DNA of 64,000 nt from Hyphomicrobiales bacterium (GCA_019748135.1 JAIEPZ010000008.1:31453-95452), one strand, 5' to 3'. Positions 19,057 through 27,117 are shown, numbered from the stretch's first letter. A program made the numbers and translations. The notes: generated by a model not told the origin, from the sequence alone.

Positions 19057-20460
19057 CTATTCGCCGCTTGGCGTCCGCAGCCCGTGCCAGCGATCGCGCA
19101 CCTGTTCGTAGTGCTGGATCGGATCGTGAAGGGCGACGGCGAGTTGCAATTGTTCAGCACTCAGGCGACCGATGGCACCAAGGAGCGTGTAGGCAGCGAC
19201 GGTGCGGTCATGCTGAGAGCGCACGAGCGCCACCTGCGCATTAAGCAAAGTCTGCTGAGTGTTCAAAACATCGAGGATCGTGCGCTGGCCGACACGCGCT
19301 TCCTCCCTGATGCTGTCGAAGGCGATCTTCGCCGCCTTGATCTGTGCCTGTGAAGCGTTGACCTGCGCGCGCTGGCTCTCGAGATTGCCCCATTGGGTGG
19401 CAACGAGGGCCCGGATCTGATCGCGGACCACGTCGACCTGGATACGATTCTGTCCGAGCGTCTCCTTGGCCTGTCGCACCCGCGAGGGCGCGACGCCCGC
19501 CTCATAGAGAGGCACCGTCACGCGCCCCACAACCGAGTAAGACTCGGAGGTATTGTTGCCGATGGCGCGATTGAAGCCGGTTGATGCGGTGCCACCGACA
19601 GTGATTGTCGGATAAAGTGCCGCCTCGGCGATCTGGATGGCGAAGGCGGCGGAATCGACATTATAGGCCGCCGCCCTTATCTGCGGGTGATCGGTGGCAC
19701 CGGCTTCGATCGCTGCGGCGACGGATTTCGGCAGCGTCTGCTCCACATTGGTCTGGGGATTGAGATTTCCTGCTTCCTGGCCGATCTGCTGGCGATAATT
19801 GGCTTTACTTGCTATCAAGGCTGCTTCAGCTGCGCTTACCTGCGATATACCGCCCTGCAATTGTGACTCTGCCTGTGCCACGTCGGTTCGCGTCACTTCG
19901 CCAACCTTGAAGCGATCGCGGGTCTGCCGCAGTTGCTCGGTCAGCACGACGACGTTGTTTTTTTGCAGCTTCAGGATCGCCTGATCGCGCACGACATCCA
20001 TGAAGGCGGTCACGGCAAGCAACATGATGGATTGTTCGGCGGTACGCAGGGTCTCGCGCTGGGCACGTACCAGAGATTCGGCCTGACGGACCTGATTGTC
20101 AGTCGAAAAGCCGTTGAACAGCGTCTGGTTGACCGTAAAGCTGTAGCCCGCAGGTGTCTGGTTTGTTTCCTGACGGCCAGCGCCCGCTGTCGTCTGCGAT
20201 CCCCGGCCCGTGGTGTTGATATTGTGCTGGGCACCGAGATCGGCGTTCAGACTGAGGGTCGGGCGATAGCCTGCCAGTGCCTGCGGTACGCTTTCGTTGG
20301 TGACACGAAGCGCGGCGCGCGCGGCGTTAAGCTGCGGATTGTACACGTAGGCGCTGGCCAGCGCGTCGCGGATGGTTTGCGCCCTCAGCTCACTTGCATG
20401 CCCGCCAAAAATAACACCGAAACCGAGGAGCGCGATGCATGATGGAAAACGTAAACGCAT
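19057..20460 (-). CDS. tolC: TolC-family outer-membrane efflux / type I secretion protein
   Basis: A signal peptide (MRLRFPSCIALLGFGVIFGG) is followed by two OEP repeats (YVYNPQLNAARA...). I prefer the ATG at 20460 (AAAGG upstream). The ORF track extends to 20493. Confidence 0.85.
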   Translation of the reverse strand: MRLRFPSCIALLGFGVIFGGHASELRAQTIRDALASAYVYNPQLNAARAALRVTNESVPQALAGYRPTLSLNADLGAQHNINTTGRGSQTTAGAGRQETNQTPAGYSFTVNQTLFNGFSTDNQVRQAESLVRAQRETLRTAEQSIMLLAVTAFMDVVRDQAILKLQKNNVVVLTEQLRQTRDRFKVGEVTRTDVAQAESQLQGGISQVSAAEAALIASKANYRQQIGQEAGNLNPQTNVEQTLPKSVAAAIEAGATDHPQIRAAAYNVDSAAFAIQIAEAALYPTITVGGTASTGFNRAIGNNTSESYSVVGRVTVPLYEAGVAPSRVRQAKETLGQNRIQVDVVRDQIRALVATQWGNLESQRAQVNASQAQIKAAKIAFDSIREEARVGQRTILDVLNTQQTLLNAQVALVRSQHDRTVAAYTLLGAIGRLSAEQLQLAVALHDPIQHYEQVRDRWHGLRTPSGE

Positions 20461-20634
20461 TGTTAACCTTTTGGCCTGCACACTCGTGGACATTGCCGTT
20501 GTCGGGGTCGCTGATGCAATGGGCGAACCATAGCGGGTTGGCGCTCATTCACAATGACGGCGTCGCCCAAAGCTTCGATTTGCCGCAAGTGAAGCAATGT
20601 TGCAACGCGTGAACACGTCCATCCCGCTGACGGC

Positions 20635-21300
20635 CTATGCAGAAAACTCGAAAGCCGGTTGCGTTTCAAACCCCGCCAGTGTCGGGACGGCCACATCGAA
20701 CATCGCCTGACCTGACACGACCGCCTCTTCGCGGCGATAAAGTTGCGCCTTGGCAGTCCGCCCGCGGCCGATCACAGCAACCATACGCCCACCCGGAGCG
20801 AGCTGCGCACTGATCGAGGCTGGCAATGCGTCGATTGCGCCTTCGAAGATGATGCTGGCAAAGGGTGCATCGCTTGGCACGCCCGCCGCCATTGCACCAT
20901 GGTGAACATCAACATTGGCAACACCATTGGCGCGCAGTGCTGATTTGGCCGTGTTCGCTACATCACGATCAGCCTCGATGGCGACAACATGGTGGACAAG
21001 CTCGGCCAGAATAGCAGCGCCGTAGCCGCCTGCGCAGCCGATCATCAGCAGCTTGCCATCGCTTGTGGGCGCAAGAAGCTGGACCAGACGCGCCCAGGCT
21101 GCCGGCGATGGCAGCACGCGCGACTGGTTCATCTCATCGACGCCAAGCTCGCCGTCACAATAAGCGATCTCTCGCCAGGCCGGCGCAATGTAAGCCTCGC
21201 GCCTTACTTTCAGAAACGCAGCGATCACCTGCGAATCGGTCACATCAACCGTGCGGATCTGGCTGTTCACCATCGTTTCGCGGGCAAGATCGAAATCCAT
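20635..21300 (-). CDS. pcm: Protein-L-isoaspartate O-methyltransferase family protein
   Basis: 221 aa. MVNSQIRT...V..AF..V.RE.. is followed by a SAM-binding motif LMIGCAGGYGAAILA. The tolC-pcm arrangement is conserved. Confidence 0.8.
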   Translation of the reverse strand: MDFDLARETMVNSQIRTVDVTDSQVIAAFLKVRREAYIAPAWREIAYCDGELGVDEMNQSRVLPSPAAWARLVQLLAPTSDGKLLMIGCAGGYGAAILAELVHHVVAIEADRDVANTAKSALRANGVANVDVHHGAMAAGVPSDAPFASIIFEGAIDALPASISAQLAPGGRMVAVIGRGRTAKAQLYRREEAVVSGQAMFDVAVPTLAGFETQPAFEFSA

Positions 21301-21390
21301 GACAAATCCCAGGCTTGAGTGAGCGACAAACTTTAACGACGCGCCACGTCAGTCGCAAGCCGGCATCTTGGCAGGCCGTAGCGACAAGTG

Positions 21391-21464
21391 TGGAGGCCTC
21401 GTCCGGAATCGAACCGGAATACACGGATTTGCAGTCCGCTGCGTAACCATTCCGCCACGAGGCC
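21391..21464 (-). tRNA. tRNA-Cys (anticodon GCA)
   Basis: The reverse strand reads ggcctcgtggcggaatggttacgcagcggaCTGCAAAtccgtgtattccggttcgattccggacgaggcctcca. It has a 7-bp acceptor stem, a GCA anticodon loop, a GTTCGATTC T-loop and an encoded CCA. Confidence 0.9.
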
Positions 21465-21561
21465 TTGCTGGAGATATCATCCGCGCGGCGCTATAACAGG
21501 TCGAGGGCGCGACGCCAAGCTGTTCTGCGAACTGTTGTCGCAGCGGCGTTCCACAACCGTC

Positions 21562-23007
21562 TCATTTTCCTGGGGATCGCCGGGATGCCTCGCGGCGATC
21601 AACAGAATTTCCAGCCGTTCCGGTGACGAATCCACGGCACGATACGGCGCCGCAGCCGCAGGTGAACCCTTCCGCCGCCTCGTTGCAGAATGTCGCATAA
21701 TCCAGCGTCAATTCCTCGCCTTCGGCAATCGGGCGCAAGGCGATCACGTCGAGCCCATCATAGCCTGTATTGGGGTCGCAGGAATGGTTCTGCGGCGCCC
21801 AATCGTTCCAGTCTTCCGACCACAGAATATAAACCTCATCGCTGAGCGGATAGGCATATTGGGCAAACAGGCGCTGGTCGCTGTCATTCCACTTATCCGC
21901 GACATGGCGTCTGGTTGCGAGGCGCTGCGCACGCTCCTCACCTTTGAAGACAATATCGCCAGGCGCCAAGGCGCGCGTTGCCTCGATACCAAGCCCCGCA
22001 AGCCCGTTGTCGCGTACGCGATAGGATTTACGGCGCGATCTGTGGCGGGCAAGACCATCGGCAATGATGAGACGCAGGAAGGCCGCCGCCCCAAACCCGT
22101 CATGCGCCAGGATATAATCAGCGGTGCCGTGGAAGCCATCAGGATAAAAGACCGAGCAGGTGAAATTGGCATCGAGAACATGGGCGGTACCATGCGCGTC
22201 CAGTCGAAAATCAAGCCGGCAATAGCCCTTGGCGCCAAAAGCGAGGAATATCCGGCGCGCCGCATCCTTCAACTGTGTCGCGAGCGTCTCATCGGTTACG
22301 GCGATGTTTAGCTCAGGATGAAACTCGGTGTTCTTCAACGCATAGGATTTGAAGCATTCACCGGGTGGAAATACGAACTCGATCGGCGCGAAGGCGCGCG
22401 GCATGCCGGGCGATTGCGGATCAGCGGCGACCAGCACGGAAAATTCGCGGCCGCCGATGAATTGCTCGATAAGAATGTCATCAAACGCCGCCAGAAGCGC
22501 CGCGCCTTTTGCGATCAGCGCGATTTGATCATTCACCAGATTATCGCTCTCGATACCAAAGCTGTCGCCACCTTCGTTAGGCTTCAGAAAGAGTGGAAAT
22601 GCGAGCAGCTCGCCTGCCCGCTTTACATCCTCCAGCCGGCTCGCCCTGACAAAGCCCGGCGTTGCGACGTTGCTATAGCGCGCAATGATCTTCAGCGCGC
22701 CCTTGCGCGGCTCATACAGATCGGCGCTTGGCCCGGTATAGGGAAGTCCGAGCGCGTCCAACGCATGGATGACGTCAATTGACGGCACATCCCATTCGAG
22801 ATGCCCCTCGCACAGGTTGACGAAAATATCGAAACTGTCGCGTTTCAGCGCTTTCAACTGGCGGTAAACGGTCGCCTTATCGAGAAAAACATGCGTGAAT
22901 TGCCACTCTGGAACCAGCGCTGACAGATCGCGCGGTGGATCATTCCTTGCGTAATCGGCCAGCAATTCGGTTCGCTGGTAGGAGGGCTGAAGAACACAGA
23001 TTTTCAC
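21562..23007 (-). CDS. ATP-grasp ligase (Ddl-like, aa ~1-320) fused to a C-terminal SET-domain methyltransferase (aa ~328-462)
   Basis: N-terminal part: NLCEGH...LGLPYTG (pre-ATP-grasp), FPLFLKPNEGGDSFGI, EQFIGGREFSVLV, GYCRLDFRL...HVLDANFTCS. C-terminal part: GLGIEATRALAPGDIV, NHSCDPN, EELTLDY, CGCGAVSC (SET plus post-SET Cys). The GTG start overlaps the upstream stop (GTGA). Confidence 0.85.
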   Translation of the reverse strand: MKICVLQPSYQRTELLADYARNDPPRDLSALVPEWQFTHVFLDKATVYRQLKALKRDSFDIFVNLCEGHLEWDVPSIDVIHALDALGLPYTGPSADLYEPRKGALKIIARYSNVATPGFVRASRLEDVKRAGELLAFPLFLKPNEGGDSFGIESDNLVNDQIALIAKGAALLAAFDDILIEQFIGGREFSVLVAADPQSPGMPRAFAPIEFVFPPGECFKSYALKNTEFHPELNIAVTDETLATQLKDAARRIFLAFGAKGYCRLDFRLDAHGTAHVLDANFTCSVFYPDGFHGTADYILAHDGFGAAAFLRLIIADGLARHRSRRKSYRVRDNGLAGLGIEATRALAPGDIVFKGEERAQRLATRRHVADKWNDSDQRLFAQYAYPLSDEVYILWSEDWNDWAPQNHSCDPNTGYDGLDVIALRPIAEGEELTLDYATFCNEAAEGFTCGCGAVSCRGFVTGTAGNSVDRREASRRSPGK

Positions 23008-24089
23008 AACGCCCTCGCCTCGCCATCGGCCAGAATAAGCGCGATCAGATCAGCCGATGACATTCCCGACATGGCGAGAATACCGCCAACTGACGATGTA
23101 TCGTCAGACGACAAGGCGCAATTTGCGTTAACCTCAAGCACATAGGTCTCGCCGGTGCGGCGCGAGGCGCGGATATCAACCCGCGCATAGCCGCTACCAT
23201 CAACCGCCAGATAGGCGCGGCGTGCCAGATCAACCAGATGGGCATGATCGCTCGCAGGGGCTGGCGCGTAGCCGTAAAGGTCAATGCCGTCAGGCAGACG
23301 CTCATCATGCGAATAATCGCCGCAGACGCGCTCAAAGGTAAGAAAACGCTGGTCCTCCGGCAATGCCGGATGGAACACGCGCTCGCCCGGCTCAAGTACC
23401 CTGACGCCATGGGGCGCGTTAACGTCGGCAACGCACAGCACCGTGAATTCGCGGCCATCGAGATAAGGCTCGGCGAAGAAGCCTCCCGGCGCGAAATGAC
23501 AATCATGCATTCCAGCCAGCAGGAGCCTGGCATTGCCCTGCGCTTCGTCCAGCGTCCTGGCCAGCGAACGCAATGTGATGCCCGCAGCGCCAAACGAGAC
23601 ATCGGGCTTCAGGAACAGCGGGAAGCCGATCTCTCTGGCCGCTATTTGCAGATCGCGGGCAACGTCGTTGATCACGACGTAAGGAGCAGTCGCGACACCG
23701 GCAGAGCGAAACCGTTCCTTCATGGCAAGCTTTGATGTGGATAACTCATAAAACCGGCGACGCGCGCCGGTAAAGGCAAGGCGCGCCGCTTCAAGGGCCT
23801 GCACGACCGACAGGCCCGGATAGCCATTGACGTCATCGCCGTCACAGAGGTTGAAAACGCTAGCGCCAGCGCGGCGCGCATCGTCGACGACGGCCTCGAT
23901 GTTGCGCGCTGTGACGCGGACCCATTGCCATTGCCGGCCCAGCGCCTGCATCCATTGCGCAACGTCAAAGCGCATCTCAGTCGTTTCGAAATACGGGCTG
24001 ATCAGAGCCTCGCCAGCAGCGGCATAGGGTACGAAGACGTGCACGGGTGGCGGCGGCATATGGCTGGCGCGGGCGAGGGGCGCGGTCAT
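23004..24089 (-). CDS. ATP-grasp domain ligase (D-Ala-D-Ala-ligase-like), paralog 2
   Basis: 361 aa. VHVFVPY, NLCDGDDVNGYPGLSVVQALE, STSKLAMKERF, FPLFLKPDVSFGAAGI, EPYLDGREFTVLCV, GYARVDIR...YVLEVNANCALS. There are ATGA overlaps at both ends. Confidence 0.85.
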   Translation of the reverse strand: MTAPLARASHMPPPPVHVFVPYAAAGEALISPYFETTEMRFDVAQWMQALGRQWQWVRVTARNIEAVVDDARRAGASVFNLCDGDDVNGYPGLSVVQALEAARLAFTGARRRFYELSTSKLAMKERFRSAGVATAPYVVINDVARDLQIAAREIGFPLFLKPDVSFGAAGITLRSLARTLDEAQGNARLLLAGMHDCHFAPGGFFAEPYLDGREFTVLCVADVNAPHGVRVLEPGERVFHPALPEDQRFLTFERVCGDYSHDERLPDGIDLYGYAPAPASDHAHLVDLARRAYLAVDGSGYARVDIRASRRTGETYVLEVNANCALSSDDTSSVGGILAMSGMSSADLIALILADGEARAL

Positions 24090-25186
24090 CTCGCAGCCTC
24101 GACACTTTCGCGCAGTATCAGCCGCACCAGATCGCTGAAGTCATAATGCGCGGCGGCGAGCGCTGGAGCGATACTCAACTCATCACGCGACAGCGAGCAA
24201 TTGGCATTGACCTCAAGCAGGAAGGCAGCGTCGTCGCCATCGCGTATCCTGACATCAATGCGCGCATAGCCTACCCCATCCACCGCCCCGAACGCCGCGA
24301 TTGCCAGGCGCTTCAAGGGTTCATGAAAGACATCGGGGGCTGGCTGATAAACAACACGAGCCGCCGTGCCCTCGTCGCGCTGATTGCCGAAGGGATCAAA
24401 ATCGCGGTGCCCCTTGAAGAGGATGCGCTCACGATCAGGGATGTGGGGATCAAAGACGCATTCGACAGGCGCGAAAGCGCGAAGACCTGTCGCCGCGCCG
24501 TCGTCCTCGACAACAAGCACGCTCATCTCGCGACCATGAATGAAGGCCTCGACATAGGGGATGCGAGGGCCAAACCCGTGAGCAAGCAAGGCGGCGTATT
24601 CGGCTTGCAGGTCATCAACATCAGCGACCACCGATCGTCGGGTCATGCCGATGCCATCAGCAGAAACATCGAGCTTGAGAATACAGGGATAACCGACGAC
24701 GGTCTTAACCAACGCGATCGCTTCATCGTGGTCAAGGCGGATGAACGGGGCCGTCGGCAGGCCGGCGGCAATGAAGCGCTGTTTCATTGCCAGCTTGGAG
24801 GACGACAAGCCATAAAACCGTGGATCGGCGCCGCTGAAAGGCACTCCCGAGGCCGCCAGCGCGGCGACAACCGAGGGTCCGGGATAGCCATCCTGCTCGT
24901 CACCGTCGCAGAGATTGAGCACGACCGCACCGGCAGCGCGTGCCTCGCTGACGGCGCGCGTCAGCGACTGCTCGTCAAGCGTAATCACGCACCAGCACCA
25001 CTCGCGACCTGGTGCAAACCAGCCTGGCAGTTCAGCGCGGAACTCGGCGGTATCGTAATAGGGGCTGGCGGCGCCCCCCTCGCTCAACTGGTAGGGAACG
25101 AAAACATGGACCGGCCGCAGCCGCGCGCTTGCCGGCTGCTGATCGCGCGGGCGGTTTTCAGCCCTGATCGTCGATGCGCGAGGCAA
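24086..25186 (-). CDS. ATP-grasp domain ligase (D-Ala-D-Ala-ligase-like), paralog 1
   Basis: Same motif set as paralog 2 (VHVFVPY, NLCDGDEQDGYPGPSVVAALA, SSSKLAMKQRF, YPCILKLDVSADGIGM, EAFIHGREMSVLVV, GYARIDVR...FLLEVNANCSLS). The start is uncertain. The nearest in-frame start upstream of the conserved core is TTG at 25186, a 29-nt overlap with the SET gene. The ORF track runs to 25411. Confidence 0.8.
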   Translation of the reverse strand: MPRASTIRAENRPRDQQPASARLRPVHVFVPYQLSEGGAASPYYDTAEFRAELPGWFAPGREWCWCVITLDEQSLTRAVSEARAAGAVVLNLCDGDEQDGYPGPSVVAALAASGVPFSGADPRFYGLSSSKLAMKQRFIAAGLPTAPFIRLDHDEAIALVKTVVGYPCILKLDVSADGIGMTRRSVVADVDDLQAEYAALLAHGFGPRIPYVEAFIHGREMSVLVVEDDGAATGLRAFAPVECVFDPHIPDRERILFKGHRDFDPFGNQRDEGTAARVVYQPAPDVFHEPLKRLAIAAFGAVDGVGYARIDVRIRDGDDAAFLLEVNANCSLSRDELSIAPALAAAHYDFSDLVRLILRESVEAAR

Positions 25187-25616
25187 TGTAGGGCGACAGG
25201 CGGGCAGCGATACGTTGACGCTGCGGGCCGGAGAGATAACGAAAGCCTTGGACGACACGCACGCATCCGGGCTGACCACAGCCGCAGTCAAAAGGGGATG
25301 CCATCGACCATTCGGTGGTGTTGTAATCGAAGGACAGTTCTTCGCCCGCCTCGATAGGGCGCGCAGCAACCATGCGTCGGTTGGCGACATCGACGACAAG
25401 ATTAGGCTCACAAGAATGATTGACCAACCGCCACAAGGCGCGCCGCGTCAGCACGTGCTGGGTCGGCGACAGCTGGATGGTGTATTTGTTTGGCGCGTCC
25501 ACAATGTCGCCGGTGAGGAAGAACACAAGCTCTCCCTGACGCAGGGCCCGGACGGCGCGGATCATCTCGCCGAAGGGACCATAATCGACCTGTACGCGCA
25601 TCACTGCCTGATTCAT
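25158..25616 (-). CDS. Stand-alone SET-domain protein (putative lysine/amine N-methyltransferase)
   Basis: 152 aa with GEMIRAVRALRQGELV, NHSCEPN, EELSFDY and a post-SET-like CGCGQPGC. It is the first gene of the operon. Confidence 0.85.
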   Translation of the reverse strand: MNQAVMRVQVDYGPFGEMIRAVRALRQGELVFFLTGDIVDAPNKYTIQLSPTQHVLTRRALWRLVNHSCEPNLVVDVANRRMVAARPIEAGEELSFDYNTTEWSMASPFDCGCGQPGCVRVVQGFRYLSGPQRQRIAARLSPYIASRIDDQG

Positions 25617-25739
25617 GGCGACGACCGTTTGGCGCTGTGCCGGCAGCGCGTTGGTTTGTCGAACAGCACCACGCGGAGTACCCGCCCGGGCCGAGGCTCT
25701 CAGCAGTGAGCCTCAAGCTGCAATACATGACAGAGCGGC

Positions 25740-25980
25740 GACAAGCGAGAGTAAACCTCGATAATTAAAGGTTATTTTGCGAGATCTGGAGTCTATCCAC
25801 AGGAAGCGACTCAACGATATAGATGTTGTATTTATGATGGGATAAAACAAAATAAAAACTATAAACGCAGCCTGACAACGCTAACGTCTGTATAGACGTA
25901 ATTTATGTATGTAACATCTCGTCCATTTTCACTTGACAAGATTTCATAATAGAGACGTCACGAAAATCAGTATTGCCATA
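25740..25980. promoter_or_regulatory. AT-rich spacer (about 36% G+C by hand count) between tRNA-Arg and the SET/ATP-grasp operon; probable promoter/leader region
   Basis: I counted 86 G+C in 240 nt, against GC-rich flanks. It lies immediately upstream (minus-strand sense) of the SET gene. A small palindrome acgtct-gtat-agacgt occurs at about 25884-25899. No promoter hexamers could be assigned confidently. Confidence 0.4.
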
Positions 25981-26057
25981 TGGCGACCCCGGCAGGGCTC
26001 GAACCTGCGACCTAGTGCTTAGAAGGCACTTGCTCTATCCAGCTGAGCTACGGGGTC
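25981..26057 (-). tRNA. tRNA-Arg (anticodon TCT)
   Basis: The reverse strand reads gaccccgtagctcagctggatagagcaagtgcCTTCTAAgcactaggtcgcaggttcgagccctgccggggtcgcca. It has a 7-bp acceptor stem, a TCT anticodon and an encoded CCA. Confidence 0.9.
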
Positions 26058-26067
26058 AGACGCATAC

Positions 26068-26376
26068 TCAATGGGTCCATTGACCAATGCGCGTGAATTT
26101 GAAGTTGTCGGAGTAGGACATCGCGGGTGATTCTGATGCCGCCGATTCGCTAACTTCGTAAGCGATTCCCTGGCGCTCGGCATAGGCTGCGGCAGCTTCC
26201 CGGGTCTCAAACCACAGCTTCACCTGCGTCTGGGTGTCGCCGGAAGATACCCACCCCATCAACGGATCAGCGCCACGGCGTTCGTGCGGCTGGAATTCAA
26301 GCAGCCACATCTTGGTCTTGCCGCGCCCTGACTGCATGGCACTGCGCGCTGGCTTGTAGATCCTCGCGGTCATCAC
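26068..26376 (-). CDS. ETC complex I subunit conserved-region protein (NDUFS4-like)
   Basis: MTARIYKPARSAMQSGRGKTKMWLLEF...DPLMGW..S.DT..QV.L.F is typical of the small alphaproteobacterial NDUFS4 homologue. Confidence 0.8.
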   Translation of the reverse strand: MMTARIYKPARSAMQSGRGKTKMWLLEFQPHERRGADPLMGWVSSGDTQTQVKLWFETREAAAAYAERQGIAYEVSESAASESPAMSYSDNFKFTRIGQWTH

Positions 26377-26417
26377 CTGCTCCTGTCATCTGATGATCGA
26401 TCGGCACGACGAGAGAG

Positions 26418-26494
26418 TGGTCGGGGCGGCGGGATTTGAACTCGCGACCTTCTGTACCCAAAACAGATGCGCTACCAGGCTGCGCTACGCCCCG
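26418..26494 (-). tRNA. tRNA-Pro (anticodon TGG)
   Basis: The reverse strand reads cggggcgtagcgcagcctggtagcgcatctgtTTTGGGTacagaaggtcgcgagttcaaatcccgccgccccgacca. The cloverleaf is consistent, with a TGG anticodon and an encoded CCA. Confidence 0.9.
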
Positions 26495-26589
26495 AATTCT
26501 CAGTCTACCGACGGTGCGATGACACGGCGGTGCAGCGCTCGTCAAGGCTTGCTGCCACCGGTGTCCCAACCGTCCGCGACAAAACGATG

Positions 26590-27117
26590 TCACAGATTGC
26601 CAAAGATAACGTTGCGAATGCGGTCGCCCGGTTTTACACCGAGACGTTTCACGGTTCCGGCCGGCACTTCAAGAACAGCGCGCACCTGAACGCGCGAGGA
26701 AATGGTCTCAAGCGAGAACGGCGTCGTTCGCTCCACCACATGCGCAACCGTTCCATCGGCTTTGATAAACACCATATCGAGCGACAGGATGGTGTTCTTC
26801 ATCCACATTGTGACGATATCGTCACGGCCGAAATCAAAGAGCATGCCGCTATCGCTCGCCAGCTCGCGGCGATGCATCAGGCCGATTGATCGCTCCTCAT
26901 CGCCGAGCGCCATTTCAACGGTAAAGTGATGAACGCCGCTGGCCGCCACGATATCAAGTGCAGCCGTGCGCAAACCCGTCTGCGGCTTGTCTTGCGCCAG
27001 GGAGAGGCTGGCGAACATGACAACGAGACCAAGCACTGCCGACCACAGATGCCATGATCGTCCGCGCTCAGAACGCCGGCTCGATCCCGTCCTGATGTTC
27101 CAGACTGTCGTCCGCAT
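26590..27117 (-). CDS. DUF192 domain-containing secreted protein
   Basis: Signal/TM segment, then ...ERSIGLMHRRELASDSGMLFDF......MWMKNT.LSLDMVFI.ADG.V, the DUF192 pattern. Confidence 0.75.
   Translation of the reverse strand: MRTTVWNIRTGSSRRSERGRSWHLWSAVLGLVVMFASLSLAQDKPQTGLRTAALDIVAASGVHHFTVEMALGDEERSIGLMHRRELASDSGMLFDFGRDDIVTMWMKNTILSLDMVFIKADGTVAHVVERTTPFSLETISSRVQVRAVLEVPAGTVKRLGVKPGDRIRNVIFGNL

Noticed and set aside
21496-21515. acaggtcgagggcgcgacgcc shows weak resemblance to the 3' half of tRNA-Arg (cagggctcgaacctgcgacc). I considered it as a degenerate att repeat marking the far end of an island.
   Set aside because: Only about 13 of 21 positions match, and that needs a gap. This is indistinguishable from chance in GC-rich DNA.
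24047-25357. 436-aa plus-strand ORF covering the ATP-grasp/SET region. Similar long antisense ORFs occur at 36623-38278, 48637-49731, 16416-17396, 30078-30956, 44139-45032 and 9291-9977.
   Set aside because: Each lies antisense to a gene with strong family signatures. The translations are Arg/Ala/Gly-rich low-complexity sequence with no recognisable motifs. This is the usual shadow-ORF artefact of GC-rich DNA.
25408-25728. 106-aa minus-strand ORF overlapping the 5' end of the SET gene in another frame.
   Set aside because: It overlaps a well-supported gene, has an Arg/Gly-rich composition, and shows no motifs.
25903-25947. 14-codon micro-ORF (MKSCQVKMDEMLHT) on the minus strand in the AT-rich leader of the SET/ATP-grasp operon. 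I considered it as a possible precursor or substrate peptide.
   Set aside because: It has no Shine-Dalgarno, is very short, and lies in AT-rich DNA where random ATG...TAA ORFs are expected. Nothing links it to ATP-grasp RiPP precursors. It is worth a look only if conserved in orthologous loci.
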